Shown: positions 1-13,285 of the stretch, piece after piece
How the letters are laid out: every line of letters starts with the position of its first letter
Numbering within the stretch: position 1 is the first letter of the stretch
Assembly: GCA_013265495.1 (NCBI GenBank)
Contig: MU058793.1
Location: 64,001-128,000, forward strand
Reading direction: 5' to 3'
DNA length: 64,000 nt
DNA from: Vicugna vicugna
Taxonomy: Eukaryota
The notes under the pieces: generated by a model
Seen by the model: the letters and a program-made list of their open reading frames with translations, nothing else
Databases searched by the model: none
What the model was told of the DNA's origin: nothing
Translations under genes and position numbers: made by a program

Positions 1-1039
1 AGGCAGACAGGTGTGGGCTGCACATGGGAAGACATCTGACAGTTAGAGACAGCAGAAAATAGAATGAACTGTCTCTCACGTTCAGAAACATCTCATCATA
101 AAGGACATTTAAACAGAGACTAGACAACTTCTTGGTCTCTACATCTTAAAGCAGTTTCAAGAATAGGGTAAGGATAGAACCAAGGCCATCAGTAATGTGT
201 TTAGGATCCACTGTAAAACTTTTTCCAGGCCCTCTGGAAGGGGCAGATGAGCTAAAAATGTGCACTCAGGCCCTGCTCTGTCAGGGCCCAGAATTTGTAC
301 CGGATCCCCCCACTTCCTGTGTTCCCTGGATCCCTGCTGATCTCTCCCAGGTTCTATCCCTGCTCTGAGAACTTTGAAGAATATATAATATATTGTTTTT
401 ACCAGCCTGTCACAATGTCATATGGCCATGACCACAAGGAAGTCTCTTCCCATCTCTGAGCACTGGTTTGCAACTCTGTGAACAGAGTACATTGAATTAG
501 GTGGATCTGACGTCCTCCCTGATCTGACAGTTCATGATTTTATCAATGCATATGAATCAGAGCTGGAGGAGAGCTTAGAAATACTTTGTCCAACACATTT
601 TAACTCAAGGAATCCCTCACTGAAAAACAAACATTTAAAAAATTCAATCTGTTATTAACATCGAAGTACAGATTAGTTCTTTTGGTGAAAAACAGGGATT
701 CATAGAAATAAAGCATATTCAGGGGAGTTTTTAAAAGGCAGAATGGGAAGAATGGATCTGAGGACCCAAGAGCTGGGACTGCACTCTATGAGAAACAAAG
801 AACAGAGAGAGAGGACATTCGCCAGCCAGTCCCAGAAAGGGTCAGATCCTTCCAAATGTTCCTGAGAAGAATTAAATAGAAAGGGGGTCATTGTCAAGGC
901 CTTTTTCTGAGCTGCCCCCCAACAGCCATGGGCAGCCTTCTCTGATGAACATTTCTCTTCTGCCTGAGTTCCATCACCTGCTGCCGCTGTGGCCTGTGTT
1001 CACCCTGGTTGTTCTTTCCAGGCCTCAGTTTCCCTACCT

Positions 1040-1500
1040 GGACTCTCTTTATTAGCTGTCCCTTCCATCTCAACAAACACTGGGCTCCACTCCTACCCAC
1101 TGCAAGTAAGCTATCAGTGTCCTGCGCCTTCACTACCTGGGAGCTGACATATAGTTTCCAAAAACACTAGCCACCTACAGATCCCTAAGGGCCTTCCTTC
1201 TTGGGAACAAACAGTACTCTTATCAATGAGGAGGAAGCTGGTGGAGGATGTACTTCAGTCTCCTGATCCCAGAGGGTCTCCTCCAAGACGTTTCTCAGAG
1301 GGTTCCCAAGGGGACTGAGCCCATTGATCCACAGCAAAACTCCCTCCACCATTAACATAAAGTTTAATTGGCCTTTTCCCCTTCCTGGTCACGTGGACTC
1401 ACTCTCTCACAACACTTCCTAGAATCATCCACCCAAAAAATTACTTATACCTAAATCCTTGTCTAGGAGGCTACTTTTAGAAGCACCACAGGCTAAGATA
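1040..1500 (+). mobile_element. ERVL solo LTR remnant (LTR16-like)
   Basis: The 3' end 'cccaaaaaattacttatacctaaatccttgtctagg...caggctaagata' resembles the LTR16-family terminus. The 5' boundary is approximate. Confidence 0.6.
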
Positions 1501-2329
1501 CCCATTAAATTTGATGCCTGCCATTTTGGACCCTGCTGGCTGCAGCCCCATTGCTAAGTCCCCTTTCCTGGGACTTCAGAGGGAAAACAATGGCAGGGCC
1601 AGAGCGGAAGTCCCTGTGAAAACCATAGCCCTGAGCGCTGTGCTCATCCCCCCACCCCCACCCCCTGCATTCATCTCTGTCTTCTTTTTCAAATTTGATT
1701 TTAAATATTTACAGCATCATACATCTTCCCCACTAGATATTACTAATGAACTGTTATTGTCTGCAAAACCTACCAGATGAGTGATGGCCAACTTAAAAAG
1801 AGCATCAATGTTTTATTCGTAAAATAGAAGCTGGGAACAGAAAATGCTTATGCGTTTTCAGGCCTTTCATCATTGTTGTTATTGATCCTCTGGTAGAGAG
1901 TAGACACTCTGGCAATTAGCAAAATCAAACGGAATTGGAGATTTCACATGGCACCAGGAAAATTTTTATAAATATGGAAGTGTTCATAACTGTTTAAATC
2001 AATAAGTAGAGCAAATTTCAAGAAAATGTAAATTTTCAATCTGTAAATTTCAAGAAAAAAGTGGAATGTTAAATGTCTCATTGACAAAGAAGGATCTCTC
2101 TATATATTGGCCTGTCCAGCCGGAGAGAAGACTGCGCCTCTCTCCCAGGTATTACTTTGTACTTCTGGTTTAAGGTGACAAATCAGAGACCTGGTGGGCA
2201 TTAGCATCAGCCTCCCAGAGTTGACCTGCCTTCCATCCCACATCTGCCCTTCCCTTCCTCTTACTGTTTGCTCACTGCTGTGACCCCCATTCTGAAGCTT
2301 CTGTTCTGGAAGGCAGCCTGGATGAGGGT

Positions 2330-2470
2330 GCCTAGTGGTGACTAGATTCTGGGAGTCACACAGATCAGAGTTGGAAGCTCAGGGGCCTTCTCAGCTGTAT
2401 GACCTGGGGCACACCAGTTGCCCTTCCTGAGTCTCAGTTTCTTTATCTTTGAGGTGGAGGTAAGAGTATC
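2330..2470 (+). mobile_element. MIR SINE
   Basis: MIR core 'agctgtatgacctggggca...tctcagtttctttatct'. Confidence 0.7.
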
Positions 2471-2839
2471 TATCAACTTTGCAAGCTCTCAGTATTAGGG
2501 GCTATCCCCTGCCCCACATGCAGGAAAGGAACACAGCCTCTACTAGCTAACTCTCTGGTTATGGATGAATCTGCATTTTTAAATATTACATTTACTAAAT
2601 GAATCTCCTTATTTCAGGTATACCAATCTAGGTGAGACCAAGGCATTCAAGTGAGTTAAAAAGTTCTTACACCATGGATTTAAGGCTTTTACCAGCAATA
2701 GTTCCCTTCTAGGATAACAAGGTGTAACTGAGAGTCCATACCCACCAACACAGCCCCCTTGGAGCAATAGCCAGCACATCTTCTCTAGATGCCATTCTGC
2801 TAGGTTGGAATTCAGGAGGATGGAGGCCATACTGGAAGG

Positions 2840-3245
2840 CTGAAACATTGGAAAAATATCAGACTAGGCAGCAAGCACCTGGGTTCCCCTCCCAGGCTCA
2901 CCACTGGTGGCTGTGTGCCCTTAGGATAATATGTGGCTCAGGGTCTTAGAGTGTGAACCTGGGGTCTAGACATATGGCTTTACCACTCTCTTAACTGTGT
3001 GTTTTAGGGAAAGTGGCTTATCCTCTCTGGGCCTTGTCTTGACCACCTTTAAACTAGCAATTTGAGGATGTTTTAGTTCAATGAGGTCGGTGCATAGGAA
3101 GTATTTAGCACAGAGCCAGACTCACAGGACGTGCTCAGCTGTTATTCTCATTCAAGTCTTGGTTCCTCATCTGTAAAACAGGATGATGGCCTCTTGCCTG
3201 GCTACCTCACAGGCCTATAGAGTTCCTCACAGGATGGCTATGAAA
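2840..3245 (+). mobile_element. Nested MIR fragments
   Basis: Two MIR cores: 'ctgtgtgttttagggaaagtggcttatcctctctgggcct' and 'ttcctcatctgtaaaacaggatgat'. Confidence 0.65.
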
Positions 3246-4692
3246 TCATTTGTACAGTCTCAGAGCATATTGTTATCTCTGTTCTGAGCCAGATTCTGGA
3301 TGACCCACCTGAAAGATCATACTTCAAATTGGCATTGCCCAATCACAACAAAGAAAGAACATGTGTATGTGTCTCCACATAACCATGTCCTAGCTGAAGT
3401 TGTTGCCTGAGTTACAGAAACTGATCACTCAACCCCTGCCCTCACAGGGAGCTGATATCTTTTCTATTCTTCTATTCTGCTGCAATTTCCTGAAACAAGA
3501 GGTCCAGCTCTTTCCAGAAGGGAATGTCTTCAGTTAAACCTTGGGCAAAGCAAAGCAGAAATGAGGCCCAGAGGCATCCTGGGAAAGGGGCAGCCCTCTG
3601 CTGGGATGGGGTAGGAGAGTGAGGTGGGTGAAGTTCCCAGGGTCACTGAGCCTTTCCTTCCAGGTTAGGCTGGTTATAATGCAGCTCAGATTCAGTCATC
3701 AAGCTTGGCATGTGGGTGACAGAATGATTTAATGCCTTCTCCAGGAGGGATGAGCAAGCTCTAACAGCAGACCTTTCACAATCACTGTGCAGGCAGACCC
3801 TGAATCTACCTGGCTGAGTCACTTCTCTGTAACCCCTAAAGCACAGAGCACAGTATCTGACATATGCTTAAAACAAGTGTTAACTGATTAAAGGAATGCA
3901 AAAATATATGGGAGGGGAGGATGGGAGGATGGCTGGGTAAATTGATGAATACCAGACAGAGAGCAATGGAGATGAAAAGAGAATCTGTGTCCTGGAATGT
4001 ACGTCTGGGGACAACTGTCCCAGATTCCAGGTCAAGTACTCGGTTAACTGCAACGAAGCCTGCAACATTTTGCTTCAGAAGAGGCATCAGCTCTATTAAT
4101 GGTGCAGCAACCAGGGTATAGATGCTGCCTCACCTTTTCTAACCTATGGGTCCATTCAAGTGCCAAGAATCAGATACATGATCAGACACTGGGGTGGGGC
4201 TGAGGGGTGCAGTATAAGTCAGAGACTATTCTGCAGAAATGCCCATCTGCATTGGATTTCCAGGCTGGCTGGGGGTCAGAGAAGCCCATGTTCTTACAAG
4301 ATAAAAAACTGAAAGAACAAAGTGCCCTTTGAAAGGAGATCATCAAGAAGATGGGGCTTAAGAGAGGGAGCCTAGCCCCTCCAGGACTTCCCTGTGCTAG
4401 CTGGATGTCCAGAAGGCCTCGGGACCCACCTCCTCTTTTCACTCTTCTCACCAAGCTTTGGTTCAATCAATTCCCATTTGAGCAAAGGATCCTCGGTTAT
4501 CACAAGGTACAACTCTCCCTCATCTGTGTAATTCTCAGGACTCAAAGTGACTCTAAAGAACTAGCTATCAGTGCCCTTTTTTCTTCCTGGGGAGAAAATG
4601 AGTAAATCTCATGTTCAAAGGTACGTTCCTTCCACACACCACATCCACCTGATCCAGCCCTCTCTCCAGAGCATTTCTACTTACCCAAAACA

Positions 4693-5044
4693 CAGCCGGC
4701 CCTCCGTATGGTATCCCACATCCTCGATTCAACCAACTGTAGGTCAAAAATATTCGAAAAAAATTCCAGAAAGTGCCAAAAAGCAAAACTTGAATTTTCC
4801 CTCAACCAGCAACTGTTTACATAGCATTTACATTGTTGTTTTGACAACTAGTTACAAGGCACTTACATTGTATTAGGTATTATAAGTAATCTAGAGAGGA
4901 TTTAAAGTATACAGGAGGATGTGCACAGGTTGTATGCAAACACTATGCCATTTCATATAAGGTACTTGAACAACTGAAGATTTTAGTCTGTGTAGAGGTC
5001 CTGGAGCCAATCACCAGTGTATACAGAGGGATGAAGAACAACTG
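4693..5044 (-). mobile_element. MER2/MER2B-like TcMar-Tigger MITE
   Basis: Termini 'cagccggccctccgtat' and 'atacagagggat...actg|ta'. The internal 'tattaggtattataagtaatctagag...tttaaagtatacaggaggatgtgca' matches MER2 antisense. Confidence 0.85.
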
Positions 5045-5869
5045 TATACCTTCTTCCTTCTCAGGGAGCTGAGGAAATTGGGTTTGCATTCTAAGGAGTC
5101 AGTAGAGAGAATTACGGAGGTGGTTGTCAGCATGATTCTCATACCGTGCCTCTGGGAGATGGGTAACAGGCATCCAGAGCTCAGTAGGGGGGCAGGAAGC
5201 CAAAGGCTCTCAGGCAGCATCCCCAACCCACTCCAGTGAACAAGCCACCCTGGTAACTAGATACAACTTTTGCCATGGCCCTGTTGAGGTTAAACTCTCA
5301 TGAGTCTCTGATTATAAATCATCAAGGAAATTTTAACTGAGTGGCAGTGCACATACAGTTAATTGAGTCATTTGTTCCCAGAATGTCAGCTTTTGCTGCT
5401 ATTTCTATTCTATGAACACTTACTCATACTGTTAATTTAAACTGTGTGTGTAACTGTGGAGATTTCATTACCTTTGGCATTCTTTTTTGTCCTAGAAAAT
5501 TTAATTTCAAAACCGTGTAGAGAAGGTAAAAAAAATACCTCTACTCCCTGCACTCAAATCCTTCATGTACACAAAAGTTCCCATTGGTCTGTCGGAAGAA
5601 ATCCTCATTGGTGCCATTTCCTACCTTAATGCTCAATGAAGGAAGGAAGGTGTGGCTCTGGGAGACAGGAACCCACATGCCATTTCTGCCAAGGGAGTCG
5701 GAATGCAGACTCTACATCAGCCTTGACTGAGCTATGGTCTATCCGTCTGAAGAGAGGAAGAGTAAACTAGGTGATCTCTAAGGCACCTTCCAGTTTAGAC
5801 ATTCCAGAAAAATCACTCTGACCTGGCCTTTTCCTGAGTGTTCTCCACGTAATACTGGTTTACTCCATT

Positions 5870-6470
5870 AATTCATTCAATAAATATATACCAAGCATTA
5901 CTTTTGGTTCCAAGGAATAACAAGATGCTTGAAAGGCTGTAAATTGTAATGGTTAAGAGAGTGATTTTGGTGGCAGAAGGCTTAGGTCTGAATCCTGTCT
6001 TCACATCACTTCCTAGCCACGTGAACTTGGACAAATTACTTTATTTTACCTCTCTGTGCCTCAACCACCATATCTATAAAATGTGGCAATAACCCTACCT
6101 CATAGAGTTCTTCCATGCAAAGCACTTAGAACTATACCTGGCATATGATATGTGTTAAGTTGTTTTTCTTGTTGTCCCAACCCTGGTGAGCAAAAACCAA
6201 CATAGTCACTGTCTTCATACAGCTTCCAATCTTATGTAGGAGACAGTTATTAATCACTCACTCAAAGATAAAGCAGAAATTATGGCAAGTTTTATACATA
6301 TTTATGAGGCTGTAAGTGGCCATAGTAAGTGTATTTGACCCAGTCAGGGAAGGTTTCCCAAAGTTTGAGCTTCGAATTGAAGGATAAACAGAAGTTACTC
6401 CAAAAAATGGATGAAAAGGTGTTCCAGGCAGAGGCACAAGTATGTTCAAAGGCTCTGGAGGAAGGAAGTA
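5870..6470 (-). mobile_element. L2 LINE 3' fragment interrupted by a MIR (~5947-6160, + strand)
   Basis: L2 tail 'ttcattcaataaata' and L2 body 'gttccaggcagaggcacaagtatgttcaaaggc'. The MIR reads 'gtaatggttaagag...tacctctctgtgcctca'. Confidence 0.7.
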
Positions 6471-6474
6471 AGTA

Positions 6475-6795
6475 GAATGCCCTGATGCTGATTCTGGTTG
6501 TCATCCTGAGAACATGTTGGGATTGTGCTTCCCTGCCTCCTTGAAGGTAGGTCACATGTTTTGCTCTTGCCAATAGGCTGTGAGCATACAGCTGTGTGTC
6601 ATTCCTGAGTGGAAGCCTCAAGAGCCATATGTAATTTGCCATGCTTTCTGCTCCCAGTCAGTGCACCCCCATCTGTCATTGCTGATGCATACTGAACACA
6701 CAGTACTGAGCAATAAATTAGCCTTTACACTTTAAAGATGCTGAGATTTGGGGGTTGTTTGTTGTTGCAGCTTAACCTATCATATCCTGACCAAT
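6475..6795 (+). mobile_element. MaLR solo LTR (MLT1H/I/J-like)
   Basis: MLT1 3' end 'aataaa...gctgagatttgggggttgtttgttgttgcagcttaaccta...tcctgaccaata'. Confidence 0.7.
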
Positions 6796-6799
6796 AAAG

Positions 6800-7270
6800 A
6801 AGGTCAGAGTGACTGACAATGAGAGAATAAAGGGGAGCATTGTGTGAGGTGAGAGACAGAGAGGTACTTAGGGATCAAAGAGTTAAGAGTTTTGTAGGCC
6901 ATGTTAAAGAGATTTGATGTCATCCTAAGAGCAAAGGCAAATCACTAAAGGAAAGCAAACAAACAAACAGAACTGCCTCTATACGGAGAACAGAGAGTAA
7001 AGAAGCCAAATCACAGGGGAGTAGGAATGGATAGACCAGTTACAAGTCTGTTGCATAGTCCAGGCAAGAGGTCATTACAGTCTTACTATGGTGGTTGTGG
7101 CAGAGACAGGAAGTAGTGTAATATTTGAGATCTATTTAGGAGGTAAAAGTTAATGAGATGTTGGTGATACTGACTATGGGATTTGAGAGAGGAGGAGGCT
7201 CCCAGATCACTGGCTTGTCCAACTGGATGAATGATGAGGTCACTTATTAAAATGAGTCCTAATGAAAGAG
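6800..7270 (-). mobile_element. L2 fragment (duplicated at ~8792-9262)
   Basis: 'tgtaggccatgttaaagagatttg' and 'agtccaggcaagag...tggtggttgtggcag' are typical of L2 antisense. Confidence 0.65.
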
Positions 7271-7664
7271 GAGCCAAAAACAGGGTTTCAAACAAAATGT
7301 TTATAGTGTCCAGGAACAGTTTTCAGCAAAAGACTTACGCCAATATTCATTCATAGGCAAGGAAAAAAATTCAACACCATCTGAGAGAGCAGGTATTTTT
7401 AAATAATTCTAAGTGTTTCCAAGGAATTCTAAATTTTTTTTTAAGAATTTGCTTCAAAAAAAAAAACTGCTTTGCCTTCACCCAAAGAAAAATATCTAGA
7501 AAAAATAGTTTCCATGTCATTTTTGTAGAGGTGGGGGAGTTTTCTTCCCCATGATATTTTATGATAAAAGTATCAGATTTATTATTAAGCAGCCAAACAG
7601 GAAAGTAAAATCTGCTTTTTCTATTTGCCTTTGTGGGAAGTAGTAGAAACAACACAAAACCCAG

Positions 7665-7882
7665 AAACAGGAGCCTCTGTTTGAATCCCACTTTCCCACT
7701 TACTGGCTGAATCATCTCGAACAAGCTATTGAAGCCATATACACCCTAATTTTCTCATCTATACAATCCGGGGTATTGATAACCAGATCTCAGGTGATTA
7801 TGAGAATTGGATGGGACAACATATGTGAAAAACTCAGTGCAGCCCTTGGGACATAGTAAATGCTCATTACATGTTAATATCT
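7665..7882 (+). mobile_element. MIR SINE (duplicated at ~9659-9876)
   Basis: 'ttgaatcccactttcccacttactggctg...ttttctcatctat...acatagtaaatgctca'. Confidence 0.75.
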
Positions 7883-8339
7883 TACTAGAGGGATTATTAA
7901 ACAGGGATATTGGTAGGGGTTTGTTGTAGAAGTTTGAGACCTGGATAAGACTAGCCACTCCTCTTTCCCTAAGGAGATCAAAGCACTCTAAACATAAAGA
8001 ACAGCACCTAGCTGGGATTACAGGCTCTGCTTCAACACTTCCATGAGAGTTCAAAGCTAGATTGGGCAATGTTGCTCAAGACAGAAAACTAAATGAGAGC
8101 TCTTGCTTCGTGTTTTCCCCTTGAAACCGAGGTGGCCTGTAGTCACAGATGGAGAAAGGAAACAAAAAGAGAGATAGGGTGGCCAGTCCTGACTCGGCTC
8201 TTCCCAGATTTTCTTGCCTCATGCAGGCAGGGCGCGCAAGAGGAAGATTGCATTTCCTTTCCATCCTTCACCAGAGTGATGTGGACCGAGGACATTAACA
8301 AACAAGATCTACTGGCAGATCTAATAACTACTATAATTT

Positions 8340-8535
8340 TGGAGCACTATTGTGCATAAACATTTATTTCAAGATCCCTGTGACAACAGTAATATAATAC
8401 GAAAATACCAGGGATTTCTGTTGGTGAAAAAATTACAGATGCCATTAATACTACTGTGGTTTGTTATGTACATTTATGATTGAAGATTTCAGGTAGAAGT
8501 TGGCAGAGGTGTTATTTTTTCCCATCCAAGCTCAC
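8340..8535. mobile_element. hAT-Charlie DNA transposon remnant (Charlie4-like; duplicated at ~10334-10530)
   Basis: 'taatactactgtggtttgtt...atttcaggtagaagtt...ttttttcccatccaagctcac' resembles a Charlie-family subterminal region. Confidence 0.5.
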
Positions 8536-8588
8536 TCCCCTCCCTTGCCAAGCTTCTACCCACATAACCCCTCCCCCACAGGGATAAA

Positions 8589-10581
8589 TGTCATTCCTGA
8601 GTGGAAGCCTCAAGAGCCATATGTAATTTGCCATGCTTTCTGCTCCCAGTCAGTGCACCCCCATCTGTCATTGCTGATGCATACTGAACACACAGTACTG
8701 AGCAATAAATTAGCCTTTACACTTTAAAGATGCTGAGATTTGGGGGTTGTTTGTTGTTGCAGCTTAACCTATCATATCCTGACCAATAAAGAAGGTCAGA
8801 GTGACTGACAATGAGAGAATAAAGGGGAGCATTGTGTGAGGTGAGAGACAGAGAGGTACTTAGGGATCAAAGAGTTAAGAGTTTTGTAGGCCATGTTAAA
8901 GAGATTTGATGTCATCCTAAGAGCAAAGGCAAATCACTAAAGGAAAGCAAACAAACAAACAGAACTGCCTCTATACGGAGAACAGAGAGTAAAGAAGCCA
9001 AATCACAGGGGAGTAGGAATGGATAGACCAGTTACAAGTCTGTTGCATAGTCCAGGCAAGAGGTCATTACAGTCTTACTATGCTGGTTGTGGCAGAGACA
9101 GGAAGTAGTGTAATATTTGAGATCTATTTAGGAGGTAAAAGTTAATGAGATGTTGGTGATACTGACTATGGGATTTGAGAGAGGAGGAGGCTCCCAGATC
9201 ACTGGCTTGTCCAACTGGATGAATGATGAGGTCACTTATTAAAATGAGTCCTAATGAAAGAGGAGCCAAAAACAGGGTTTCAAACAAAATGTTTATCGTG
9301 TCCAGGAACAGTTTTCAGCAAAAGACTTATGCCAATATTCATTCATCGGTAAGGAAAAAAATTCAACACCATCTGAGAGAGCAGGTATTTTAAATAATTC
9401 TAAGTGTTTCCAAGGAATTCTAAATTTTTTTTTTAAGAATTTGCTTCAAAAAAAAAACAACTGCTTTGCCTTCACCCAAAGAAAAATATCTAGAAAAAAT
9501 AGTTTCCATGTCATTTTTGTAGAGGTGGGGGAGTTTTCTTCCCCATGATATTTTATGATAAAAGTATCAGATTTATTATTAAGCAGCCAAACAGGAAAGT
9601 AAAATCTGCTTTTTCTATTTGGCTTTGTGGGAAGTAGTAGAAACAGCACAAAACCCAGAAACAGGAGCCTCTGTTTGAATCCCACTTTCCCACTTACTGG
9701 CTGAATCATCTCGAACAAGCTATTGAAGCCATATACACCCTAATTTTCTCATCTATACAATCCGGGGTATTGATAACCAGATCTCAGGTGATTATGAGAA
9801 TTGGATGGGACAATATATGTGAAAAACTCAGTGCAGCCCTTGGGACATAGTAAATGCTCATTACATGTTAATATCTTACTAGAGGGATTATTAAACAGGG
9901 ATATTGGTAGGGGTTTGTTGTAGAAGTTTGAGACCTGGATAAGACTAGCCACTCCTCTTTCCCTAAGGAGATCAAAGCACTCTAAACATAAAGAACAGCA
10001 CCTAGCTGGGATTACAGGCTCTGCTTCAACACTTCCATGAGAGTTCAAAGCTAGATTGGGCAATGTTGCTCAAGACAGAAAACTAAATGAGAGCTCTTGC
10101 TTCGTGTTTTCCCCTTGAAACCGAGGTGGCCTGTAGTCACAGATGGAGAAAGGAAACAAAAAGAGAGATAGGGTGGCCAGTCCTGACTCGGCTCTTCCCA
10201 GATTTTCTTGCCTCATGCAGGCAGGGCGCGCAAGAGGAAGATTGCATTTCCTTTCCATCCTTCACCAGAGTGATGTGGACCGAGGACATTAACAAACAAG
10301 ATCTACTGGCAGATCTAATAACTACTATAATTTTGGAGCACTATTGTGCATAAACATTTATTTCAAGATCCCTGTGACAACAGTAATATAATACGAAAAT
10401 ACCAGGGATTTCTGTTGGTGAAAAAATTACAGATGCCATTAATACTACTGTGGTTTGTTATGTACATTTATGATTGAAGATTTCAGGTAGAAGTTGGCAG
10501 AGGTGTTATTTTTTCCCATCCAAGCTCACTCCCCTCCCTTGCCAAGCTTCTACCCACATAACCCCTCCCCCACAGGGATAA
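8589..10581 (+). repeat. 2-kb tandem duplication, copy 2 (1993 bp)
   Basis: Direct repeat of 6597-8587, with 8 substitutions and 3 small indels by manual comparison. Confidence 0.98.
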
Positions 10582-10639
10582 GAATCCCTAATTGTATAAA
10601 CATAGCCTCCACTTAATGGAACCTGGCAGCTCACAGGGT

Positions 10640-10860
10640 ATCATTGAAATATATTAGGCACTTACTGTGTGTATGATACAGTGCTAAGTGGCATAGAAGT
10701 CATTTTTATCCCCACAACAAACCTGTTAGGTAAGCACCATTATTGTTTTCATTTAGACAAGAAAACTGGATCAGACAGGGTAGGGAATGTGCCCTAGGTC
10801 AAGCAGCTGGAAAGAGGTGGAGCTGGGATTAGAACCCCCACACATGTCACTCCAGAGCCT
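10640..10860 (-). mobile_element. MIR SINE
   Basis: 'cacttactgtgtg...gtgctaagt...cacaacaaacctg...cctaggtcaagcagct...gagctgggattagaaccc'. Confidence 0.75.
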
Positions 10861-10975
10861 TGTGCCAGGCGGCACTCAGCAATAGCCTTGAATCTGGCCA
10901 TCCATCCAATCAGCAGACACAGGCTTGACTGCTTTTGGAACAGATTCCTTCAAATGACAGGTAGGTAGGAGCCTA

Positions 10976-11004
10976 GCCTATCAATTTTTTGCCTATCAAT
11001 TTTT
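10976..11004 (+). repeat. 15-bp tandem duplication
   Basis: 'gcctatcaatttttt' occurs twice in tandem. Confidence 0.85.
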
Positions 11005-13285
11005 CAAGGTACTTAATGTCCTAGAAATATTCAAATGTTGTTGAGACCTTGTAAAGTATTTAAGAATATTTCAGGAGAAACTAAAACCTCATAAGAGCAT
11101 TGTTTTTCATTGCCAAGCTCAGGGTTATCCCTTGACTGCTTTTCTCTATTCAATGCCAACAGAAATAAAAGCCAAAAGAACTTCAGGAGCAAAAAGCTTT
11201 CCCTCCGGGTGCCTACCCCCAGGTTAATGGCAGGAAAATCTTTAAACCAGCACTTTTGAGGACTTCTCTTTTTGATTTACTATTTGAAAAATCAAAATAT
11301 TGTCAACTTTCAAAGAGTGCTTTTCTGATGACAAGTAAACAGATTAAAGGGTTTATTTTATTTATTTTTTTCACTGTTTTGTTTTGGGTGAAATCTAAGG
11401 GTTATTTTACACCCCCGAGAAATTCCAAATTGCCCTCCAAGCTCTTATCTGACATTTAACCAATCTTTGAGTCTGACTGGGCTTATCCAGGATATAACTA
11501 CAGATTGTTCACTGCCAGAGAAAAGATTTTTTTGCCCCTAGAATTATATATGTATTTCTCTCAAAGGATAGTCAGAGGAGAAATGATCAATGAGAGAGGG
11601 CTGTGTGGTCATTCACAAATGTCAGTGCATTCTTTCTCTTAAGCTGACTGCCAGGTTCTCTGAAAGTTATAAAAGGAAGGAAACTTATAAATAAGTTTTC
11701 ATTATGCTTGGAGTGAGGCTAAACATAAGTGGTAAAAACATAGTGATGAATCAATACTGAATTCCCAAGCCTCTATGATATTCCTGCTTCTGTTCTTGGG
11801 TTATTAATCGTATTCATGGCTTAATTTCTTACAAAGAATGGAAACCTAATTGTTGGATCATAAATACCCATTGTCACATTGCCTTAGTTTATCAGATCAG
11901 CTCTTCTCACTCCTAGGAGATAAGGTTTTAAATGAAAGCTAACAGAACTGTCAAATGTTGTTTATTTAAGATGAAAGGGAGACAATGTTCACTACTTTGA
12001 GTAATTTCCAAGTGGACCCATGTAGATGGGGCACAGAATTGGGAGACACTGGCCAGTCAGATGTGCTGAGGAGATTAAGGGATATAATACAGGTAAATCC
12101 TATAGCACAGTTCTTGACCCATGGTAAGTTGTGGTAATCACTTTCTTTTTTCGCAACAGATAGGAACTATTTTTGGTTATAGATAGGTAAGCCAGTTTCA
12201 TCTAGTTTATCTCAGGGAAGGATAATGTCAAGTTGGTTCTAATAACTACCTTCAAAAACCCCGGGGTGCATCTCTGCCAGGAGTTGTTCCAATCTATTTA
12301 GGACTCTATAGTTGTTTTGTATCATGGAACCTATAAAGGTTCCACTAAGGACCTTCTTGGACCTTCTGAGCTCCAAAAAGGCAGAGACCAAGTATCTTTT
12401 TGTTTTCTTTTGTGGCTTCTACAGCATCTGGCACTTAATAGGTGCTCAAAAAAAAATTCAACATAAGAACGTGAGCATGGAGAAAATATTTTGAACCTAA
12501 AATGATAGATCAGATACCACAAGATAAATATTATCTGCCTTATCACCATGCGTGGGGCAAATTTGTGTTTGGGTTTTGGGGAAAATCTCATCCATCTTCA
12601 ATTAAATGGGATAGAATAAACACACCATACATTCCCAGTTCTTGTAAGACCAAGAGGTCCCCCCAGAAAGGAGCTCTCCCTGGTGCTGTTTACCCAGAAT
12701 TCTACTGGCATCATGTTTGATAAGCCCTGTCAATAGTACAGCTTCAAGAGGTCTGATCATGGAATTAACCAAGATATGCAAATATCAAGCCCCTGTCCCA
12801 CTAAGGTGATAGGGATGTAATCTCAAACAACTTGGCTCTTCCTCTTGCCCCAGGTAAGGGAGTTGGGTGTAAGTAAGTAGGTTCACAATACTGATGGCAT
12901 GGAAGGGGGAGAGGGAAGGCATGCATCTGATCCTCAGAGTTTTCTACTGGAGCTGATACCCTCTGAGACATCATCTCCCTTCTAATCTGTGGCCGTTGTT
13001 ACACATGGGTCTCTATTTTCCCTTTGACCCATGGCCCCTTCAGGTTGGGTGGCTCTCAAGACATGCTTGACACTGTGGGATTTATTTTGTTTCTCCCATA
13101 ATATTGGTTCAATACCATCTAAGCAAGCCTGTTTCAGGTCCCCCCCCAAAGTTACCTGAATCCTCCCCTCTGCATCTTTCCTGACCCTGACCCCCAAGCC
13201 CAGCCCAAAGAAATTCTATCTAGTCACCAAAGAAACTGACTCAAAATGTTTCTTCCAAACATGCTGTCTGTGCCTTGCCTCCCCC

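Larger units (their letters stand above)
6597..8587 (+). repeat. 2-kb tandem duplication, copy 1 (1991 bp)
   Basis: Runs from 'tgtcattcctgagtgg' to 'cacagggataa' and is repeated at 8589-10581. ORF-track peptides recur with an offset of 1992-1994. Confidence 0.98.

Noticed and set aside
7086..10353. Pairs of near-identical ORFs suggesting a duplicated gene cluster
   Set aside because: They result from the 2-kb DNA duplication. Several lie in L2/MIR sequence and one is truncated in copy 2.
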